DNA of 45,684 nt from Octopus bimaculoides (lineage: Eukaryota), in assembly GCF_001194135.2 (NCBI RefSeq), contig NC_068982.1, positions 62,203,898 to 62,249,581 of the forward strand, in the 5' to 3' direction. A program made the position numbers and the translations under genes. Positions 38,337 through 45,684 of the stretch are shown here, one piece after another. Every line of letters begins with the position of its first letter. Position 1 is the stretch's first letter. The notes under the pieces were generated by a model. The model made no database searches and was not told where the DNA came from. It saw nothing but the letters and a program-made list of their open reading frames with translations.

Positions 38337-38551
38337 AATAATAATCCTTTCTACTATCGTTACAAAGCCTGAGATTTTAGGGAGGGGCCAGTCGATTACA
38401 TCGACCCCGGTGCTAAGCTGCTTTTTATTTCATCAACCCGAAAGGATGAAAGTTAAAGTTGACTCCGGCGAAATTTGAACTCAGAACGTAAAGCCGAAAG
38501 AAATGCCACTAAGCATTTTGCCCGGCATACTATTTTGCCATCTTGCAACCC
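38337..38551 (-). mobile_element. tRNA-derived SINE (Nin/Deu-like core)
   Basis: Reverse complement of the TTCTGAGTTCAAATTTCGCC...TTTCATCCTTTCGGG family, with the same tail type as 3923-4110. Confidence 0.8.
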
Positions 38552-38573
38552 TTATAATAATAATAATAATAAC

Positions 38574-38626
<53 letters not shown>

Positions 38627-38628
<2 letters not shown>

Positions 38629-39190
38629 GCCCTGATGCAGTACCAGGCAGTGGCTCTCATGGCTTCTGATCTTAATTGATTGGAAGTGTTATCATGTACG
38701 TTGTTTTGTCTTGGTATAAAAGATGGGCTACAGCAAATATTCTGCTTAATACCACAGATTTGCTTGTCAGTTGTTTGACCCAACCAGTTGAGCATGTCCC
38801 TTAGTGGCTGACGATATGCGCATCTCTGATTACTAGTAGAAGTAGTGGGAGAGCATCATAGCCATGTGTTGAGAGGAAGTTTTGGGGGTTTGGATAATTG
38901 ACCTTTAATTGACCTTTGAAAACATGGGTGTTTTGTTCAACAACCTTAAACAAACCTTATTCAGGGACCTTTTGAGCGGGATGGGCTACTCGACCTGAAA
39001 AGATTCTAACTGGGCCCCACCTGCGAGGTCATGCGCTGTTTATCTTGATATGAGATCACAATGTCGTGCACATATGGTTGTGATGCATGTGTCTGGTGTA
39101 CCCTTATCAGACGGGTAGTCATGATGGGTATATTGGGCTTTGTATATTTTACCCCAGTGTCACTTTGATGGCATGCACTGCTCTCTCACA
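38627..39190 (+). mobile_element. ORF-less ~560-bp TAA-flanked element (copy 2)
   Basis: See 20043-20600. Flanked by (AAT)n at 38553-38626 and (TAA)6 at 39190-39208. Confidence 0.85.
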
Positions 39191-39204
39191 TAATAATAAT
39201 AATA

Positions 39205-39920
39205 ATAAGGGAGGTCGAGGCTTGATCCAGCTTGAACTTACGTACAAAACCACCACAATCGGACTGGCCAAATACCTTGAAACAACCAACGATTAGATGC
39301 TAAATCTTGTAGAAAAATACGAAAGACCGAAAAACTTCACTCTATTCTGAAAGAGAGCAAAAAATTCGCTACTGATCTCTTAGATACCTACCAGATTGAT
39401 CAGGTTGACGGAAATGCGCCAACTGTCGCTGCAAAGGAAATAAAATTAATTGCAAAGACAAAGCAGATGAGAAATTAGCTATCAGATGGGAACAAAGATC
39501 TCTGTATGGCAAGTATGTGGCTCGTAGCAAACAAGCTTATGTCGACCAGAAACAGAAACACGCATCAACGGTTACGAAGCTCAGGACTAAAAGCAGAGAG
39601 TGAAGGTTTCATATTAGCTGCTCAAGACCAAAGCTTATTAACCCGGAACTACCAGGCCAATGTGATAAAAAATAGAGCTAACCCAAAATGCCGATTCTGT
39701 AACCATGAGATTGAAACTATAGACCACTTAATCTCAGAGTGCAGAGTCTTAGCACCTGTAGAATATAAAGCAAGACACGACAGAGTCGGCCAGTATTTAC
39801 ACTGGACAATATACCGGCATTATAAAATCAAAACCGCCGACAAATGGTATAAACACCATCCTGAAGCTGTGACTGAGGGAGAAAATGTGTCGATTCTCTG
39901 GGACTTACCCGTACATACCT
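39205..39920 (+). mobile_element. R4/Dong-clade LINE fragment (second family)
   Basis: KGGRGLIQLE, LRSSGLKAESEGFILAAQDQSLLTRNY, the CCHC knuckle KCRFCNHEIETIDHLISEC, YKARHDRVGQYLHW and ILWDLPVHT. Truncated before the RLE catalytic residues. Confidence 0.92.
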
Positions 39921-40011
39921 TGTGTGATAATGAAAAGTGAAATTGACATCCAATATTTGCTGTGTGTATGCATCTATGTATGAACTTTTCTTTGGAGTTA
40001 TGTATCTGCTG

Positions 40012-40403
40012 AGTGGGGGCGCAATGGCCCAGTGGTTAGGGCAGCGGACTCGCGGTCATAGGATCGTGGTTTCGATTCCCAGACCGGGCGTTGTGAGTGT
40101 TTATTGAGCGAAAACACCTAAAGCGCCACAAGGCTCCGGCAGGGAATGGTGGCGAACCCTGCTGTACTCTTTCACCACAACTTTCTCTCACTCTTACTTC
40201 CTGTTTCTGTTGTGCTTGTAATTCAAAATATCAGCCTTGTCACACTGTCACGCTGAATATCCTCGAGAACTACGTTACGGGTACACGTGTCTGTGGAGTG
40301 CTCAGCCACTTGCACGTTAATTTCACGAGCAGGCTGTTCCGTTGATCGGATCAACTGGAACCCTCGACGTCGTAAGCGACGGAGTGCCAACAACAACAAC
40401 AAC
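40012..40403 (+). mobile_element. Full-length tRNA-derived SINE with 12-bp TSD
   Basis: A box TGGCCCAGTGG, B box GTTTCGATTCC and an (AAC)n tail. TSD ATGTATCTGCTG at 40000-40011 and 40404-40415. Confidence 0.92.
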
Positions 40404-40898
40404 ATGTATCTGCTGTCTCTCTCTCACTTTCTCACTTTCTCTTTCACTTCCTTTGTATCCCTCTTCTCTTCCGCTTTTGATTTAACAATGTGTATATGTA
40501 TCTGTGTATCTACCTCTCTTGCGATGTGATAAACATTTAAAAACACAAAACGAACGCCGTCACCACTCACTGTCTCTTTCACTCTCTCTCTTTCTCTCTC
40601 GCTCACTCACTTTGTCTCTCACTCTCCCTTTCTTTCTCACTCTCTCTCTCTCTCTTACTTCCTCTCTGTCCTTCTCTCTCTCGCTTTGCCAATTCTTCGA
40701 GGTAAGTGTGACGCACACAACAGGTAGGTACAAAGACAAAAAGGTAGCGTATTAAGATTATCGACAAGCGAAAAATGGGTCCAATGCTGAAATGAGAAAT
40801 TGCCGTAGTATATGTAATCAGCTCTTCACTCGCCTTTCAGGGCTCAAACATCATTTAAGATCTAAAGCAATTTTAAGTACATTTATAGGTCAAGCTCT

Positions 40899-41212
40899 NN
40901 NNNNNNNNNNNNNNNNNNNNNNNNNNNNNNNNNNNNNNNNNNNNNNNNNNNNNNNNNNNNNNNNNNNNNNNNNNNNNNNNNNNNNNNNNNNNNNNNNNNN
41001 NNNNNNNNNNNNNNNNNNNNNNNNNNNNNNNNNNNNNNNNNNNNNNNNNNNNNNNNNNNNNNNNNNNNNNNNNNNNNNNNNNNNNNNNNNNNNNNNNNNN
41101 NNNNNNNNNNNNNNNNNNNNNNNNNNNNNNNNNNNNNNNNNNNNNNNNNNNNNNNNNNNNNNNNNNNNNNNNNNNNNNNNNNNNNNNNNNNNNNNNNNNN
41201 NNNNNNNNNNNN
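40899..41212. other. Assembly gap
   Basis: N run. Confidence 1.
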
Positions 41213-41279
41213 ATATTCAAAATTTACACAACCTTTGTATTTAAAATTTTATATAACATTTTCCTTTTAACTTTTATAT

Positions 41280-41512
41280 TTATTTCTTTATTGCCTACAA
41301 GGAGCTAAACATAGAAGGGACAAACAAGGACAGACAAAGGGATTAGGTGGATTACATCGACCCCAGTTGCGTAACTGATACTTATTTAATCGACCCCGAA
41401 AGGATGAAAGGCTAAGTCGACCACGGCGGAATTTGAACTCAGAACGTAGCGGCAGACGAAATACCGCTAAGCATTTCGCCCGGCGTGCTAACGATTCTGC
41501 CAGCTCGCCGCC
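41280..41512 (-). mobile_element. Full-length tRNA-derived SINE with 15-bp TSD
   Basis: Starts GGCGGCGAGCTGGCAGAATCGTTAGC with B box GAGTTCAAATTCC. TSD TTTTAACTTTTATAT at 41265-41279 and 41513-41527. Confidence 0.93.
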
Positions 41513-41643
41513 TTTTAACTTTTATATCACCTATAAGCCGAGCCTCGTATTGTAATGTCGAATGTTCATTGGAAGGAGCACCTCTTGTTCACGTGATTGA
41601 ATATATTTAATCACTTCATTTTAGCCAAAGAAAGTGAGAAGAA

Positions 41644-41714
<71 letters not shown>

Positions 41715-41715
<1 letters not shown>

Positions 41716-41915
41716 GTTTCTTATAAAGGCTCAAGGCTACTAAATTGAAAGGATTTTAGCTGATTGGCTCAACTCTAATACTTTACTGGTACTTTATTTT
41801 AACGACTTCTGAAAGATGAAAGGCAATATTGTTATCAAGCAAGATTTGAACTCAGAATGAAAAGAGCCGGAACAAAAATTGCAAGTCATTTTGTTCGACG
41901 CTCTGACAATTCTGC
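41715..41915 (-). mobile_element. Old SINE copy with (TTA)n tail
   Basis: GATTTGAACTCAGAA and GAAAGATGAAAGGC match the 41280 family. The (AAT)n array at 41645-41714 lies at its 3' end. Confidence 0.6.
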
Positions 41916-42645
41916 TTATCAAAGCTTTTACTTTCAACGAAAGTTGAGAGAGGTTTAAATTGGGAAGTGGTGAGACAAAGTTCCTTTACCATTACATAGT
42001 TGAACCAACCATTACGAAAGTCAAACACTGATTGGTTCGGTAAGATCACAGCTCAGAAACGCAAAATCTTCTGATCACCACTTGGAAAATTATTACCACT
42101 ATTTCCCTTAACTTGCAACACATCTATTACATATGAAAACACTCTAATGCATTACGCATTACCAGTGAAACCAGCAATTTTACTGCTGTGATATTCATTT
42201 CTTTGCTTTCAGGAAGAAGATTACGGCTTTTAAAAACATGAACTAATTTAGAAATCCTGATTGAATGCTCGACCAAAAAGCATCGGAAACCAATTATATA
42301 TACTTAACACTCTATATTCTCGGTTACTTTTTAATTTTATTGCTTGCCTAAGTTGGCTGTGCTGTCTGTCTTATCTTGTGTAAATTATAAGTCCTACGGA
42401 ACCAAATTTCAAACTATGCGTCATCTGCATCTTAAGATAATAATAATGAAATCCTATTCTATTCTGTTTTGAAGAACACACACACACACACATGTATATA
42501 TATGTATATATATCCATGTGTATATATGTTTTATATATATATGTCCATTCACACAACCACACACACACACATATATACATAAGTATATGCATATATGTAT
42601 GCATGTATATGTATGTACATATGTATGTATGTATGTATGTATGTA

Positions 42646-42729
<84 letters not shown>

Positions 42730-43074
42730 CGCATATGTCTGTGTAAACACACAAACATAAATGTGTTATGTAAGCTAAGAACTCAATTTCGAGTGAAGAA
42801 TGAAATATGTAGCAGAATAGAACGATTCATATGTGAGCTAACACTGGTTCCAAATAAGACGTGGATGCTATGAAAGACTTGTAAGTATCGAATTACATTT
42901 GTCAGATCTGGATGAATAACAAATCCATGGAATCAGGGGTAAGCAGCATATGAATAATATTGTATTATACTCATTATAAAGTACTCATTATAAAGTAATT
43001 AAATACATATACATACATTCATATATGCTTACATACCACTCAGGCATACATGTATGTATATATGTGTGTGGGTG

Positions 43075-43501
43075 AGATCTCTCATGAGTGCTACTGGTAA
43101 CATGGTATCCAGTTCAACCAGTTGCATGATCGGGTCATCGACGACTAAACCGACACCCTGCATTAAGCTTGCCTGATGAGGAGGGTTAATAGAAATCCAG
43201 CAGGACTAAAAACAAGACCTGTCAAAAGGACGGATGAATCTAGTGTATGTCTCTCGATCATGTCAGGAGGATGGAAAGTGTCTTGTCTGTGAGGTGCTGT
43301 GAAAACCCCGTTGGACCTAATATTTTGGGCTGTGCAATCGCCGTCGAGCGACAATCCAATGCCCGGTCAAGTAGTAGGGCGCCGCGGACGCGAACCCGGG
43401 TGACGCCGACTACTGGTGCAATAACCTCATGCACGGACATTGCTGGCAGGTTGCATGAGCAATGGTCAGTGATGGTCTTCCTCGGTTATGAGTAAACAAC
43501 T

Positions 43502-43530
<29 letters not shown>
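43075..43530 (+). mobile_element. GC-rich, ORF-less RTE 5'-UTR-like element ending in (ATC)n
   Basis: CpG-rich block whose motifs (AAACAAGACCTGTCAAA.GG.CGGATGAA, GGGTGACG..GACTACTGG.GCA.TA.C.C) resemble RTE 5' UTRs. It ends in an (ATC)n tail with no ORF2. Confidence 0.4.
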
Positions 43531-43533
<3 letters not shown>

Positions 43534-45684
43534 ATAAATAAATCATTAAAATTATGTATGTATGTATGTATGTATGTATGTATGAATGAATGTGTGTGTA
43601 TGTATGAATGTGTGTGTGTGTGTGTGTGAGTATATATATAAATATCACACCGATGATATTCTTTTACTAGATAAGACACCAATTTTTATTGGAAAGTAAA
43701 TATAACTGTTAAAGAAGTCTACTGTAATATGCTACTAGTAGATAACCTATTCAAAGAAGGAAGGAAAATTCACACCACCAGGATTCGAACTCAGGACATA
43801 GTAGGACGAAGCAAAATATTTTAAGGCAGACGTTTTTTAAACAACTGCGCTGTACTACACTTGTGAACCATGTATAGCATGCGAGTATGCGTGGATTTTT
43901 TGAAGGGAGTCGAAAAATATCAGGGATTCTAGAAAATTTGAGGAGCGTTTTTAATGTACCATAATCAGTAAATATGTCTTCCTTTGCAGCAACATGTAAT
44001 GCATATTCCATCTCTGTTTTCAGAATCTGAATACCAGTTTCTTTTTTTTATGTAATAAATCTTTGAAAAAAAAAGAGGAAGCCGATGTTACACTGTAATT
44101 CCTCTAACGTCTTAATCAATGTTTTGTGGATAAAAAGAAAGAAAACCTGAACATTGCTGCTCTAAGATATAAACTAGTTTTCTACTGTGTAAATTCACGA
44201 TCTGATCCAGAATGATGACATTCTTTGGCGTGTTATTTGATTAAGTCTTTTTAAGGAATTTGAGCATAATCACCTGAATTGCCTATGGTATATAAATTCG
44301 GTGGATGAACGAAACATTTCTTTCCAAAATTCTCATTTTCTAAGATGATCGTAGATTCCCTGTCATTTCGTAGCTAGTAAAGTTACAATTCTGGAAAGCT
44401 GAATTATTGAATGCAACATATTATCACACGTCACCTCCGTCCGTGACGAATCTCGAAAACTTAGAGTCTTATTTTCTTTCTCTATCTAGTTATTAACAGG
44501 ACTAGTCAATCCATAATGAATACTTCCGACTACAAAATCGTGCCGTATGCTGATATATGAGAAATACAAATATTTGTCATTCTGAAGTACAAATTAAGAT
44601 AGAGAAAAGTGGGGAGAGGGAAGAAGGGAGTGAGAAAGGGGTGTACAGAGAGGGAGGGTGAAAGGGAGAGTGGCCGAACTAAGCCAGTTAAGAGTGGCCG
44701 AACCAAGCGAAATTAAGTCATTTCCATAGCAATTCTGCTGTTGGGATATCTGAGTTAGTTTTTACAGACACCTCAATTCCTCTCGTCTTGGACTTTCATT
44801 CTGCTTTCTGAAGCACTCACCGCAATCCATGTCTCGCTACCATTTAATCATTTTCTTCTTGGTCACCGTCTTACCTTCTATTTTCATGACTGAATTTTCA
44901 AGTATCTTAATCCTTCTACTGATGCAATTGAACAATTTTATTTTCTTCGTCTTGTTGATTCTTTCTCACTTTTCAACCGACGCATTCTACCACTTAATTT
45001 ACTATTCTCACTTTGATTCACTCTAAATTCATGTGTTTATATATTTCAGTTGTACGTAAATCAACATTGTCAGTTATATAAAAACTTTCATACCCGTGTC
45101 GTCAAAAATGCCGACAGTTTTATTAGTGATGGAAAATGGACATCAACACAATGGGGGGTGGGGAAACCATTAATAAATGTCTGCAATCTCATAAATATAT
45201 CTACAGACACAGAATTGAAGCACTTGAAGAATCAAATACGATTGTAACGTCTTGCTTGAAAATATCACCCACATAATGTATGTGTGAGTATCGACACATA
45301 AAACACAGGTATGTACATATACATACATATATATGTACACACACACACACATATATATTCAAAAATGTGTCTGAACACACATATAGGTGTTCATGTGTTT
45401 ATGTTTTTGTATTCATGTATATCTGTATATGGTAATGTATACATGCATATGCATGTATATATGAGTTTTTATGACTCTTTATATGTTTGTTTATATACTT
45501 TTTGTATGTCTTTTTTATATGCTTTTATATTTTTATATTTTTATTTTTATATTTGTATTTGAATTTTGCAAAATACATGAGTTGAATTTTGTAAATCTCT
45601 GAAGAGGCCTAGTGAATCATGCATGTACCCCCATAGCATCCTTTTCATCTACCAATCACTCCAGCATATATATATATATATATA

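Noticed and set aside
40012-40090. tRNA-like heads (also 5570-5644, 30660-30730, 41440-41512)
   Set aside because: They are SINE heads continuous with core and tail; there is no complete cloverleaf, so I did not call tRNA genes.
40697-40706. Consensus donor GAG|GTAAGT
   Set aside because: No upstream acceptor or coding frame, only a (TC)n tract.
43173-43210. CUGAUGAG...GAAAUCC-AGCA-GGAC
   Set aside because: Stem II does not close, and A15.1 faces C rather than U; not a hammerhead.

Overview
AT-rich, microsatellite-dense eukaryotic DNA with 8 N-gaps, most of them flanked by simple repeats as in a short-read draft. The SINE families and repeat load suggest an octopus or other cephalopod (inference). 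I found no intact protein-coding gene: nearly all long ORFs in the track are translated microsatellites or N-runs. The window is a graveyard of transposon fragments: a dead hAT (Charlie-type) transposase, CR1/L2, RTE, L1/Tx1, R4/Dong (RLE) and Penelope-like (PLE) fragments, and about 12 tRNA-derived SINE copies. The most interesting signals are non-coding. (1) A type I hammerhead ribozyme with an intact core at 15115-15179 (-), plus several related relics, including a family with a 56-57 nt stem II. (2) A 77-bp ungapped hairpin at 15386-15548 with a 10:1 G.U versus A.C asymmetry. (3) A ~560-bp ORF-less element present twice, flanked by TAA repeats on both sides. (4) R4/Dong elements embedded in (TACA)n and (TAA)n arrays. 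(5) Two SINE-LINE shared 3' tails. (6) A near-perfect 180-bp palindrome. All alignments and folds were done by eye; no searches were run.
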